Origin: Paracoccaceae bacterium
GTDB taxonomy: Bacteria; Pseudomonadota; Alphaproteobacteria; Rhodobacterales; Rhodobacteraceae
Assembly: GCA_030697175.1 (NCBI GenBank)
Contig: JAUYQR010000012.1
Location: 59,591 to 123,590 of the forward strand
DNA length: 64,000 bases
Direction: 5' to 3'
The notes beneath the pieces were generated by a model, which worked only from the letters and a program-made list of their open reading frames with translations, was not told the origin of the DNA and ran no database searches. The translations under genes and the position numbers were made by a program. Shown piece by piece: positions 1-9,135 of the stretch; the first letter of the stretch is position 1, and every line of letters starts with the position of its first letter.

Positions 1-124
1 CCTGCAACAGCCCCAGCGCCGCCGCGCGATGATCGGTGCGACTGCTTTCGACAAGGGTGATCGCCCGTGCCAGGGCCCGCCTGTCGCCTGCCAGAACCGC
101 TTTTGCCGTGGCTTCGATATCCAT
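1..124 (-). CDS. meaB: MeaB/ArgK-type G3E GTPase (methylmalonyl-CoA mutase accessory protein), N-terminal fragment; gene runs off the left edge
   Basis: Own reverse-strand translation from ATG (124-122): MDIEATAKAVLAGDRRALARAITLVESSRTDHRAAALGLLQ. The LAG-(D/N)RRALARAITLVES segment is the typical MeaB/ArgK N-terminus. Absent from the ORF track because it is truncated. Confidence 0.5.
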   Translation of the reverse strand, partial: MDIEATAKAVLAGDRRALARAITLVESSRTDHRAAALGLLQ

Positions 125-220
125 TCCCGCGCCTCCGCCCCCTTCATGCCGCAACTGCCCCGGCTTGGCGAGGGCCGTCGCAGCTCTGGCCAAGGCTGCC
201 TCGCCGCGCCATAAGGCGGC

Positions 221-2632
221 ATGGCCGATCTGCCCGTCACCAGCGCCCTGCCCGCCCTGCGCGACGCCATCGCCGCGCGCGGGATGGCCGTGCTGCAGGC
301 GCCACCCGGTGCGGGCAAGACCACGCTGGTGCCGCTGGATCTGCTGGCCTCGGGGCTGGTCGCGGGGCGCATCCTCTTGCTGGAACCGCGCCGTCTGGCG
401 GCCCGCGCCGCTGCCGAGCGGATGGCGGAAACGCTTGGCGAGAAGGTCGGGCAAACCGTGGGCTACCGCATCCGGGGTGAGGCGAGGGTATCCGCCGCGA
501 CCCGGATCGAGGTGGTGACCGAAGGCATCCTGACGCGAATGATCCAGTCTGATCCGGGGCTGGAGGGGACCGGGCTGGTGATCTTTGACGAATTTCACGA
601 ACGGTCGTTGCATGCCGATCTCGGGTTGGCGCTGTGCCTTGAGGTGCGCGGCGCGCTCAGGCCCGACCTGTTGCTTCTGGTCATGTCGGCCACGCTTGAT
701 GCAGCCCCGGTGGCGGCCCTGATGGGCGCAGCACCGATGGTGACGTCGGAAGGCCGTGCCTATCCGGTGGAGACGCGCTGGCTGCCCCGACCACCCGACG
801 CCTCGTTGCGGCTGGAGGCCGTCACCGCCGCAGCGATCCGCGCGGCACTGGGCGAGACGGAGGGTGGCATCCTCGTGTTCCTGCCCGGCGAGGGCGAGAT
901 CCGCCGCACGATCAACCTGTTGGGCGACCTGCCCGGCTGCACCATCCGCCCGCTTTTCGGCGCGATGGATTTTACGGCGCAGCGCGCGGCGCTGGCACCT
1001 GCGGTGGACCGCAAGATCGTGCTGGCGACGGCGATTGCGGAAACCTCGCTGACCCTGCCCGACATCCGGGTGGTGATCGACGCGGGCCACGCGCGACGGG
1101 CGCGGTTCGATCCGGCGTCGGGCATGTCGCGGCTGGTGACCGAACGGGTGACCAAGGCCGAGGCGGAACAGCGCCGCGGGCGCGCGGGGCGGGTGGCGGC
1201 GGGCATCTGCTACCGGCTGTGGAGCAGGGGCGAGGAGGGCGGGCTGGCCCCCTTTCCGCCCGCCGAGATCGAGGTGGCCGATCTGGCCCCCCTGGCACTG
1301 GACCTGGCGGAATGGGGATCGGCCGACCTGCCGTTCCTGACCGCGCCGCGCGAGGGGCCATTGGCCGAGGCGCGGGCGCTGCTGACGGGCCTTGGCGCGC
1401 TGGACGATGCAGGCCGGATCACGCCGCACGGCAAGGCGCTGGCGCGGCTGCCGCTGCACCCGCGGCTGGGCCACATGCTGACCCTTGCCGGGCCAAAGGC
1501 GGCCCCGCTGGCAGCGCTTCTGGCCGAACGCGACCCGTTGCGTGCCGCGCCGCCCGACCTTGCGCTGCGCCTGAAGGCGGTCGACCGGCCGGGGCCCGAG
1601 GCACACATGCCAACCATCCAGCGCATCCGCGACGAGGCGCGCCGTCTTGCCGCCGGCATGGCAAAGTCCGGTTACCCTGACTTTTCGCCGGCGCAGATGG
1701 CCGCGCTCGCCTACCCCGACCGGATCGGCCTGCGCCGCAAGGGCGACGCGCCGCGCTGGGTGCTGTCGGGCGGCAAGGGCGCGGTGATCGCCCCCGGCAC
1801 GCCTCTGGCCACGGCCCGGCTGATCGTGGCCACCGACCTTGACGGCGACCCGCGCGAGGCAACGATCCGCCAGGCCGCCGCCCTGACCGAGGCCGAGGTG
1901 CGCGAGGTCTTTGCCGACCGGATCACCTGGGTCGAGGTTTGCGAGTGGTCGCGCCGCGAAGCCCGCGTTCTGGCGCGCAGGCAGGAACGCTTTGGCGCGC
2001 TGGTGCTGGACGACCGGCCCTGGCCCGACGCCCCGCCAGACCGGATCGCGCGGGCAGAGCTGGATGGGCTGCGCCTGCTTGGCCTGCCCTGGACGCCCGC
2101 CGCCCGGCGCCTGCGCGCGCGCGCCGCACTGGCCCGCAGCGATGATTGGCCCGAGGTCAGCGATGCGGCGCTGCTTGCCAGCGCGGACGGCTGGCTCCTG
2201 GCGCACCTCGCCGGTCGCCGCAGCGCGGCCGACCTTGCGGCGCTTGACCTCACCGAACCCCTGAAGGCGCTGCTCGGCTGGGACCGGCTTGCGATCCTCG
2301 ACCGGCTTGTCCCGGCCAGCTTCACCACGCCCCTCGGCCGCGCCGTGCCGATCGATTACGACGGCGACGCCCCGGCGATCGAGGTGCGCCTGCAGGAGAT
2401 GTTCGGCGTCACCACCCATCCCCTGATCGGCGCCGCGCGCCAGCCCTTACGCATCACGCTCCTGTCGCCCGCCCGCGCGCCCGTGCAGGTCACGACCGAC
2501 CTGCCGCGCTTCTGGGCCACCTCCTACGCCGATGTGCGCAAGGACATGCGCGGCGCCTACCCGCGCCACCCCTGGCCCGAAGATCCCACCGTCGCCGAAC
2601 CCACCCTGAAGGCCAAGCCGCGCGGCACCTGA
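221..2632 (+). CDS. hrpB: ATP-dependent RNA helicase HrpB (DEAH-box)
   Basis: 803 aa. Walker A APPGAGKTT, DEAH-type box FDEFHERS, SAT motif (MSATL), and the HrpB-specific C-terminal domain ending ...YPRHPWPEDP. Confidence 0.9.
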   Translation: MADLPVTSALPALRDAIAARGMAVLQAPPGAGKTTLVPLDLLASGLVAGRILLLEPRRLAARAAAERMAETLGEKVGQTVGYRIRGEARVSAATRIEVVTEGILTRMIQSDPGLEGTGLVIFDEFHERSLHADLGLALCLEVRGALRPDLLLLVMSATLDAAPVAALMGAAPMVTSEGRAYPVETRWLPRPPDASLRLEAVTAAAIRAALGETEGGILVFLPGEGEIRRTINLLGDLPGCTIRPLFGAMDFTAQRAALAPAVDRKIVLATAIAETSLTLPDIRVVIDAGHARRARFDPASGMSRLVTERVTKAEAEQRRGRAGRVAAGICYRLWSRGEEGGLAPFPPAEIEVADLAPLALDLAEWGSADLPFLTAPREGPLAEARALLTGLGALDDAGRITPHGKALARLPLHPRLGHMLTLAGPKAAPLAALLAERDPLRAAPPDLALRLKAVDRPGPEAHMPTIQRIRDEARRLAAGMAKSGYPDFSPAQMAALAYPDRIGLRRKGDAPRWVLSGGKGAVIAPGTPLATARLIVATDLDGDPREATIRQAAALTEAEVREVFADRITWVEVCEWSRREARVLARRQERFGALVLDDRPWPDAPPDRIARAELDGLRLLGLPWTPAARRLRARAALARSDDWPEVSDAALLASADGWLLAHLAGRRSAADLAALDLTEPLKALLGWDRLAILDRLVPASFTTPLGRAVPIDYDGDAPAIEVRLQEMFGVTTHPLIGAARQPLRITLLSPARAPVQVTTDLPRFWATSYADVRKDMRGAYPRHPWPEDPTVAEPTLKAKPRGT

Positions 2633-2714
2633 CCTTTCAGCGCTGAAACAGGATGTGACCGCTAACGGCTTCCCCTTCGCGTCCAGTCCCGCTAGACGGA
2701 ACCGCACAAGAGGT

Positions 2715-2780
2715 CGCGTTCCCCTTCCTCTTTGCAAAAATATCCCACGGGAGGTCCGGAGGGTGTGAAACCCTCCGGGG
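2715..2780 (-). repeat. Intergenic hairpin-containing repeat element (family copy A, inverted)
   Basis: Reverse complement reads ccggagggtttcacaccctccgg-acctCCCGTGGGATATttttgcaaagaggaagggg. Same architecture as 6790-6855. Confidence 0.6.
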
Positions 2781-2834
2781 CCAGCCGCAAAGACCGCCCG
2801 CCAGAAACATCGCCAGACTGCAGGACCACGACCG

Positions 2835-4043
2835 ATGCACGCCACCCACGCCCAAGCCAAGGCCGCCCGCTGGGCGATTGCCGCGATGTTTTTCGCCAAC
2901 GGGTTCGTCATGGGGGCCTGGGCGCCGCAGATCCCGCTGCTGCTGCCGCGCCACGACATCACCGAAAGCACGCTGGGCCTGCTGATCCTTGTGCTTGGCC
3001 TTGGCGCGGTCGGCTCCATGCTGTTCGCGGGCCGGCTGATCAACCGCTTCGGTGGCCGCCGCGTGCTGTCGGTGTTCTCGCTGGCGCTGATTCCGGTGCT
3101 GCCGGCGGTGGTGTTTTCGCCTGACCTCGGCGCGCTGGCCCTGTTCATGGCGGTGTTCGGCGCGATGGCGGGCTGCATGGATGTGGCGATGAACAATCAG
3201 GCGGTCGACATCGAGCGCCGGCTTGACCGCGCCATCATGTCCTCATCGCACGGGTTCTGGAGCCTTGGCGGCTTTTTCGGCGGCTTTGCCGGCAGTTTCG
3301 TGATCGCGCATTGGGGGTCCGAGGTGCAGTCGCTGCTGACCGCCGCGATCACCGCCGCCATCGTCTTTGCCGCAATGCCTTTCCTTCTGCCCGACAGCCC
3401 GCGCCTCCAGCCCACTGCCGCGCAAACGGCGGCGCCGAAACAGCACCTTCTGCCGCGCGACCTTTCGGTCTGGCTGCTGGGCTTCATGGCGCTGGCCTCG
3501 ATGGTGCCGGAGGGCGCGGTGCTGGACTGGGCCGCGATCTACCTGCAGAAGGAACTGGGCTCCGACGTGTTCCGCTCGGGCCTTGCCTTTGCCTTCTTCG
3601 CGGGGGCAATGGCGATCATGCGGTTTGCCGGCGACGCCGTGCGCAACCGCTTTGGCGCGGTCCGCACGCTGCGCGCCTCGGGGCTGATCGGGGCGGCTGG
3701 CCTGATGGGCGGTGCGCTGGCGCCGGCCGACTGGATCGCCATCGTCAGCTTTGCCTTTGCGGGCCTTGGCATCGCCAACATGGTGCCGATCCTGTTTTCC
3801 GCCGCCGGCAATCACCCGCGGCTACCCTCGGCGCTGGCGATCTCGACGGTCACGATGGTCGGCTACTGCGGCATCCTCGTCGCCCCCTCGTCGATCGGCT
3901 TTGTGGCCGAGCATGTGGGGTTCAGTTCCACCTACGCGGCACTGTCGCTTTTGCTGGTCGTGGTCTCGCTGCTGGCCGGTCACACCGCCGATGCCGACCG
4001 CACCAGCGCGACACCGCTTCAGGCCGCCTCTGCCGCAAGCTGA
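2835..4043 (+). CDS. MFS transporter
   Basis: 402 aa, about 12 hydrophobic helices, GRLINRFGGRR loop motif between TM2 and TM3 typical of the major facilitator superfamily. Confidence 0.75.
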   Translation: MHATHAQAKAARWAIAAMFFANGFVMGAWAPQIPLLLPRHDITESTLGLLILVLGLGAVGSMLFAGRLINRFGGRRVLSVFSLALIPVLPAVVFSPDLGALALFMAVFGAMAGCMDVAMNNQAVDIERRLDRAIMSSSHGFWSLGGFFGGFAGSFVIAHWGSEVQSLLTAAITAAIVFAAMPFLLPDSPRLQPTAAQTAAPKQHLLPRDLSVWLLGFMALASMVPEGAVLDWAAIYLQKELGSDVFRSGLAFAFFAGAMAIMRFAGDAVRNRFGAVRTLRASGLIGAAGLMGGALAPADWIAIVSFAFAGLGIANMVPILFSAAGNHPRLPSALAISTVTMVGYCGILVAPSSIGFVAEHVGFSSTYAALSLLLVVVSLLAGHTADADRTSATPLQAASAAS

Positions 4044-4573
4044 TCCACCGTCGTCAGCGTGGCGAAATCGGCGCCCAGCAGCGACAGTGTCACCCGCTGC
4101 ACCGTCGCCGCGTCGATCCGCCCGCCGTCATGTGCGGGCAGATCGAACCCCAGAAGCGCGTCGGTCGGCAACAGCACCCCGTAGCCAAGGTCCGACGCCG
4201 CCCGCACCGTCGAGGTGACGCAGAACGCAGCCACCGCCCCCGCGACGATCAGCCGGTCAATCCCGTCGCGGCGCAGGCGATCATCAAGTCCGGTGCCGGC
4301 AAAGGCCGAGGAGCGGTGCTTCCACAGCACCGCCTCGCCGGCGACAGGGGCGGCGCAGGCCATCGGTTCGGCCCCCGGCAGCCCCTTGCGAAACGGCGAG
4401 CCTGCGTCCGGCTCATCGTGATGCACATGGATCACCGACATGCCACGCGCCCGCGCACTGGCCAGAAGCGCGGCCATCCGGTCCATCGCGGCCGGGTTTA
4501 CCGGCGCGCGACCTGCGGCGATGCGGTCGGCCATGCCCGCTTGCATGTCGATGATCAGGACCGCGGTGGTCAT
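4019..4573 (-). CDS. Isochorismatase-family cysteine hydrolase
   Basis: 184 aa. N-terminal LIIDMQ (catalytic Asp), a conserved Lys region and AGAVAAFCV (catalytic Cys) typical of isochorismatase/nicotinamidase-like hydrolases. Start overlaps the stop of the upstream DUF1993 gene by 4 nt. Confidence 0.75.
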   Translation of the reverse strand: MTTAVLIIDMQAGMADRIAAGRAPVNPAAMDRMAALLASARARGMSVIHVHHDEPDAGSPFRKGLPGAEPMACAAPVAGEAVLWKHRSSAFAGTGLDDRLRRDGIDRLIVAGAVAAFCVTSTVRAASDLGYGVLLPTDALLGFDLPAHDGGRIDAATVQRVTLSLLGADFATLTTVDQLAAEAA

Positions 4574-5064
4574 GCGGCGCCCATGAAATCGCGCTTGCCG
4601 ACCTCGACCCCGTTGTGGCGCAGGATGTTGTAGGCGGTGGCGGCGTGGAAATGGAACTGCGGCAGCGAATACATCGTCAGGTATTGCGCACCCGGCATCG
4701 TCATATCCTCGCCCCGCAGCTTGATCGTCACCGGGCGGGTGGCCGCCGCTTCATAGGCGCTGGCGGGAAATTCGGCCATGTAGGCGCGCACCGCAGCGAT
4801 CCGCGCCTTCAACTCGGCAAAGGTCACCTCGGTGTCGGGAAAGCCTTTCGGCTCGGCCCCGGCCAGCCGCGCCGCCGCGCGGGCGGCAAAATCACAGGCC
4901 AGTTGCACCTGGCGGGTGAAGGGGAACATGTCGGGATAAAGCCGGAAGGTCAGCAGCGCCTCGGGCTTGACGGCCCTGGCGTCGCAATGCGCCTCGGCCT
5001 TGGCAAGGATCGCAGACAGGGCGCCGAGGGTGCGGTCCATCGGCGGGATGATGTGGTCATACAT
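4570..5064 (-). CDS. DUF1993 domain protein (DinB/YfiT-like four-helix bundle)
   Basis: Start trimmed to the internal Met (MYDHIIPPMDRTLGALSAIL...), which matches the typical DUF1993 N-terminus. A paralog lies at 20097-20582. Confidence 0.65.
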   Translation of the reverse strand: MYDHIIPPMDRTLGALSAILAKAEAHCDARAVKPEALLTFRLYPDMFPFTRQVQLACDFAARAAARLAGAEPKGFPDTEVTFAELKARIAAVRAYMAEFPASAYEAAATRPVTIKLRGEDMTMPGAQYLTMYSLPQFHFHAATAYNILRHNGVEVGKRDFMGAA

Positions 5065-5167
5065 TCGGGCGGCCTTTCGGGCATCGGGGTTGCGCGGCAC
5101 GCTAGACGCGCTTGCAGCCCCCGTCGAGAGGGCTTGCCAAGGCCATCCGGGGTTGCGACACCGGGGC

Positions 5168-5725
5168 ATGACCGACAGCACGCTTGCCACCCGCCGCGGC
5201 CTGCCCGCCGAATATCAGGTGATCCTTGCGGAACTGCCGCGCAAGGGCTGGCCCGACCACCGCGATTTCAACGGGCTGGCGGCCTTCTGGCTGGACCGGC
5301 ATCTGGCCTTCCGCCACACCCTGCAACGCCTGCGCGCCGATACCGAGGCCCGGATCGACCGCAAGCTGGCCCCCGAGGCCTTCGCAGGGCGGCTGGTGCG
5401 GCACGGCTCGGGCCTGTTGTCCGACCTGATCGGCCACCACCAGATCGAGGACGACGCCTATTTTCCGCAACTGGCCCGGCTGGAACCGCGCATCGCGCGC
5501 GGCTTTGACATGCTGGACGCCGATCACCACGCGCTGCACGACCTGATCGACCGCTTTGCCAAGGGCGCCAACGCCGCCCTTCAGGCCAAGGACGAAGCCA
5601 CCGGGCGCGAAAGGACCGCGCGCTTTCTGACCGACCTCAAGGATTTCGACCGCCTGCTCGTCCGCCATCTGGACGACGAGGAAGACCTTGTGCTGCCGGT
5701 CGTGCTGAAACACCGGGTCGGCTGA
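5168..5725 (+). CDS. Hemerythrin-like domain protein
   Basis: Start trimmed to MTDSTLATRRG (ATG at 5168). His/Asp-rich helical motifs (DRHLAFRH, HHQIEDDAYFP, DADHHALHDLI, LVRHLDDEEDLV) resemble hemerythrin HHE cation-binding domains. Confidence 0.55.
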   Translation: MTDSTLATRRGLPAEYQVILAELPRKGWPDHRDFNGLAAFWLDRHLAFRHTLQRLRADTEARIDRKLAPEAFAGRLVRHGSGLLSDLIGHHQIEDDAYFPQLARLEPRIARGFDMLDADHHALHDLIDRFAKGANAALQAKDEATGRERTARFLTDLKDFDRLLVRHLDDEEDLVLPVVLKHRVG

Positions 5726-5770
5726 CCCCGGTCAGCGCTTTGCTCTTTTCACAAATACTCATCTGTCCGG

Positions 5771-5795
5771 CGAGACGCGGCCCTGCCGCGTCTCG
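5771..5795. terminator. 10-bp-stem hairpin between convergent genes (possible bidirectional terminator)
   Basis: cgagacgcgg-ccctg-ccgcgtctcg, between the hemerythrin-like gene (+) and argF (-). There is no strong T-run. Confidence 0.4.
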
Positions 5796-5842
5796 ACTGA
5801 AAGGGCGTGCGGCGGAACGCCGCTCCGCTTGATACCCCGGTG

Positions 5843-6769
5843 TCAGACCCCCAGACACCAGCGCATCACGGCCTTTTGCGCGTGCAGCCGGTTTTCCGCC
5901 TCGTCGAACACCACCGAATGCGGGCCGTCCATCACCGCGCTCGTGGCTTCGTCGTTCCGGTGCGCCGGCAGGCAGTGCATGAACAGCGCGTCGGGTTTGG
6001 CGCGGCTCATCAGCGCCTCGTTGACCTGATAGGGGCGCAACTGGTTGTGGCGGCGTTCCTTGGCGCTTTCGGGATCGTGCATCGAGACCCAGGTATCGGT
6101 GACGACGAGGTCGGCGCCCTCGACGGCGGCGAACGGGTCGCGCTGCACGGTGATCTTCGAGCCCTTGGCGCGGGCGAAGGCGATGAACTTGTCCTCCGGG
6201 TCCAGGGTTTCCGGGCCGGTGAAGGTGAAATCGAAACCGAACTGCCCGGCGGCATGCAGGAACGAGGCGCAGACGTTGTTGCCGTCACCGGCCCAGACCA
6301 CCTTCTTGCCGGCGATCGGGCCGCGATGTTCCTCGTAGGTCATCACGTCGGCCATGATCTGGCAGGGATGGGTGCGGTTTGTCAGCCCGTTGATCACCGG
6401 GACGGTGGCGTGTTCGGCCATCTCCAGCAGCGTCGCCTCCTCGAAGGTGCGGATCATGATCAGGTCGACGTAGCGGCTGAGGACGCGGGCGGTGTCGGCG
6501 ATGGTTTCGCCGTGGCCAAGCTGCATTTCCTTGCCCGACAGCACCATCGTCTCGCCGCCCATCTGCCGCACGCCGACGTCAAAGCTGACGCGGGTGCGGG
6601 TCGAGGGTTTCTCGAAGATCAGCGCGACCATGTGGCCTTTCAGCGGCTGGTCATCGTCTGTCATGCCCTTCGGGCGGCCATTGCGCGCGGCCTTCATCGC
6701 GTGGGCGGAGTTGATCATGCCCCGCAATTCGGTGGCTTCGGTGGTGTGGATGTCGAGAAAATGTTTCAT
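5843..6769 (-). CDS. argF: Ornithine carbamoyltransferase
   Basis: 308 aa. STRTRVSFD carbamoyl-phosphate motif, HPCQ and HCLP motifs. Confidence 0.92.
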   Translation of the reverse strand: MKHFLDIHTTEATELRGMINSAHAMKAARNGRPKGMTDDDQPLKGHMVALIFEKPSTRTRVSFDVGVRQMGGETMVLSGKEMQLGHGETIADTARVLSRYVDLIMIRTFEEATLLEMAEHATVPVINGLTNRTHPCQIMADVMTYEEHRGPIAGKKVVWAGDGNNVCASFLHAAGQFGFDFTFTGPETLDPEDKFIAFARAKGSKITVQRDPFAAVEGADLVVTDTWVSMHDPESAKERRHNQLRPYQVNEALMSRAKPDALFMHCLPAHRNDEATSAVMDGPHSVVFDEAENRLHAQKAVMRWCLGV

Positions 6770-6789
6770 GCGCTGCGCTCTTTGACGAG

Positions 6790-6855
6790 GGGCGGGGGGG
6801 GGTCACACCCCCCGCACCCCCCGTGGGATATCTGGAGAAGGGGAAGCCTGAAGCG
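6790..6855 (+). repeat. Intergenic hairpin-containing repeat element (family copy B)
   Basis: ggggggtcacacccccc hairpin followed by CCCGTGGGATAT and GAAGGGGAA. Aligns without gaps over about 40 nt with the reverse complement of 2715-2780. Confidence 0.6.
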
Positions 6856-6861
6856 GGGCCA

Positions 6862-8052
6862 TCAGATGGCGGTCGACACGGCGCTTGCGGCGCGGTCCAG
6901 GCGGGTGAGGGCTTCGGTGATGTCGGTCTCGGTGATGTTCAGCGCGGGAAGCAGGCGCAGCACGTTGTCGGCTGCGGCGACGGTGAGGACGCCTGCGGCG
7001 TAGCCTGCCTTGACCATGTCGGTGTTGGGGGCCTTGCATTTGAGGCCGAGCATCAGGCCCTGACCGCGCACCGCCTCGAACACCTTCGGGTGGCGGGCGA
7101 CGAGGCTTTCGAGGCCTTGCCGAAACAGCGCGGCCTTGCGGCTGACATCGGCCAGGAAGGCGTCGTCGCCGACGATATCGAGGACTGCGGTGCCGACCGC
7201 GCAGGCGAGGGGGTTGCCGCCGTAGGTGGAGCCGTGGCTGCCCGCCGTCATGCCCGAGGCCGCGCGTTCGGTGGCGAGGACCGCGCCCAGCGGAAAGCCG
7301 CCACCGATGCCCTTGGCGACCATCATGATGTCAGGGGTCACACCCGCCCATTCATGCGCGAAAAGCCGGCCGGTGCGGCCCATGCCGCATTGCACCTCGT
7401 CGAAGATCAGGAGCGTGCCGGTCGTGTCGCACAGATCGCGCAGGCCCTTGAGGCACTGGTCGGGCACGACGCGGATGCCGCCCTCACCCTGGATCGGTTC
7501 GATGATCACGGCGCAGGTCTGGTCGGTGATCGCGGCGCGGATCGCGGCGTGATCCTCGGCCGAGGTCGGCCATTTCAGCTGGCGAAAGCCGGGCATCAGG
7601 GGCCCGTAGCCCTTGACCATCTTTTCCGACCCTGCGGCCGCGATGGCAGCGGTGGAGCGGCCGTGGAAGGCGCCTTCGAAGGAGATGAACTCGATCCGTT
7701 CGGGGTGACCGGCCTCGTGATGGAACTTGCGCGCCATCTTGATCGCCAGCTCGGCGGCTTCTGTCCCGGAATTGGTGAAGAACACCGTATCGGCGAAGGT
7801 GCGGTCGACCAGCATCTCGGCCAGGTGTTCCTGTTCGGGGATGCGGTAGACATTCGAGACGTGCCAGAGCTTTTGCGCCTGATCGGTCAGCGCCTGCACC
7901 AGGGCGGGGTGCGCATGGCCAAGGGCGTTGACCGCGATGCCGCCGCCGAGATCGAGGTAGCGCGTGCCATCCTCGGCCAGAAGCCAGGAGCCGCTGCCGG
8001 ACACGAAGGCCAGCGGCGCGCGATTGTAGGTGGGCAGGACGGCGGGGATCAT
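6862..8052 (-). CDS. argD: Acetylornithine aminotransferase (class III PLP aminotransferase)
   Basis: Start trimmed to [16 protein letters not shown], the canonical ArgD N-terminus. Also has the [11 protein letters not shown] and [13 protein letters not shown]-lysine region, and sits upstream of argF in the same orientation. Confidence 0.9.
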   Translation of the reverse strand: MIPAVLPTYNRAPLAFVSGSGSWLLAEDGTRYLDLGGGIAVNALGHAHPALVQALTDQAQKLWHVSNVYRIPEQEHLAEMLVDRTFADTVFFTNSGTEAAELAIKMARKFHHEAGHPERIEFISFEGAFHGRSTAAIAAAGSEKMVKGYGPLMPGFRQLKWPTSAEDHAAIRAAITDQTCAVIIEPIQGEGGIRVVPDQCLKGLRDLCDTTGTLLIFDEVQCGMGRTGRLFAHEWAGVTPDIMMVAKGIGGGFPLGAVLATERAASGMTAGSHGSTYGGNPLACAVGTAVLDIVGDDAFLADVSRKAALFRQGLESLVARHPKVFEAVRGQGLMLGLKCKAPNTDMVKAGYAAGVLTVAAADNVLRLLPALNITETDITEALTRLDRAASAVSTAI

Positions 8053-8456
8053 GCGAGGGGCCCTTTGGAAGGAAGGCCTAAGCCCTAAAGGCAGGCCATG
8101 CGGGGTGTCAACGGGGCGAGAGGGAATGCCCCGGACCAAGGGGGCAAGCGAAAGCGGTCGCTCAGGAGCGACGGCGTCGCTGGAAAGGGGCGGTCCGCGT
8201 GGTCATCACGCACCGCGTAATCGAGGGCGACAGCAAAGGGAAGCGGAAAATCGGGCGCAGGGTTCGGCACGATTGGACGCGGTGTGAGTGCCGGATGGCG
8301 ACTGCGGGCGCGTTTCGCGGGGCTTGGCGGGCGGGCCGCTGCGAAACTGCCCCGACGCCCCGCTTGATCTTCCGGCCGCCGCCTTGTATCCCGCACCGTC
8401 GCGGTTACAATGCCGCCTGAAGCAATTTCCCTTTGCCGCCAACCGGAGAGCTACGC

Positions 8457-9053
8457 ATGTCCTGGACCGACGAGCGCGTCGAGACGCTGAAGCGCATGTG
8501 GGGCGAAGGCCAATCGGCCAGCCAGATCGCCAAGGAACTGGGCGGTGTCACCCGCAATGCCGTGATCGGCAAGGTGCACCGGCTTGGCCTGTCGAACCGC
8601 GTCGGCGGCAAGGACGAGGAGGAGGAGGCACCGGTTGCCGCCGCCACCGCAGCCCCTGCACGACCGGAGCCTGCCGCACCTCGCACCGAGCCGCGCCCGG
8701 CCGCAGACCCCGCCCCGCGGCCGGCAGCGGCGGCCCCGGCGTCGCCATCAAACGTGACACCGCTGCCGGTGCGCAAGGCGATCATCCCCGCAGGTCAGCC
8801 CCTGCCGCCGCAGCCGTCGCTGAACGAGATCAGCCCCGAGGCGCTGGCATCGGTGCGCGAGGTTGAAAAGCGCGCCAAGAAGCTGACGCTGATGGAACTG
8901 ACCGAACGCACCTGCAAGTGGCCGATCGGCGACCCGGCGACCGAGGATTTCTGGTTCTGCGGCCTGCCCTCGCTGCCGGGAAAACCGTATTGCGAGGCGC
9001 ATGTCGGTGTGGCGTTCCAGCCGATGAGCGCGCGGCGGGATCGTCGCCGCTGA
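8457..9053 (+). CDS. gcrA: Cell-cycle transcriptional regulator GcrA
   Basis: MSWTDERVETLKRMWGEGQSASQIAKELGGVTRNAVIGKVHRLGL N-terminal domain, Pro/Ala-rich linker, C-terminal CKWPIGDP...FCG...YCEAH motif. Confidence 0.9.
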   Translation: MSWTDERVETLKRMWGEGQSASQIAKELGGVTRNAVIGKVHRLGLSNRVGGKDEEEEAPVAAATAAPARPEPAAPRTEPRPAADPAPRPAAAAPASPSNVTPLPVRKAIIPAGQPLPPQPSLNEISPEALASVREVEKRAKKLTLMELTERTCKWPIGDPATEDFWFCGLPSLPGKPYCEAHVGVAFQPMSARRDRRR

Positions 9054-9135
9054 GCGCCGAAGACAGGCCGTCCTGATCGACGCCGCCCGCGCCGGACCCA
9101 GCGCCGGGAACGGATGACCGGCGCAGGGATTGGCG

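Noticed and set aside
8053-8456. Looked for CtrA boxes (TTAA-N7-TTAA), DnaA boxes and GANTC methylation sites in the 400-bp region upstream of gcrA
   Set aside because: By eye I found no exact match to any of these motifs. The small ORFs there (8085-8396, 8199-8420 and others) look like GC-rich noise. Nothing supportable to report.
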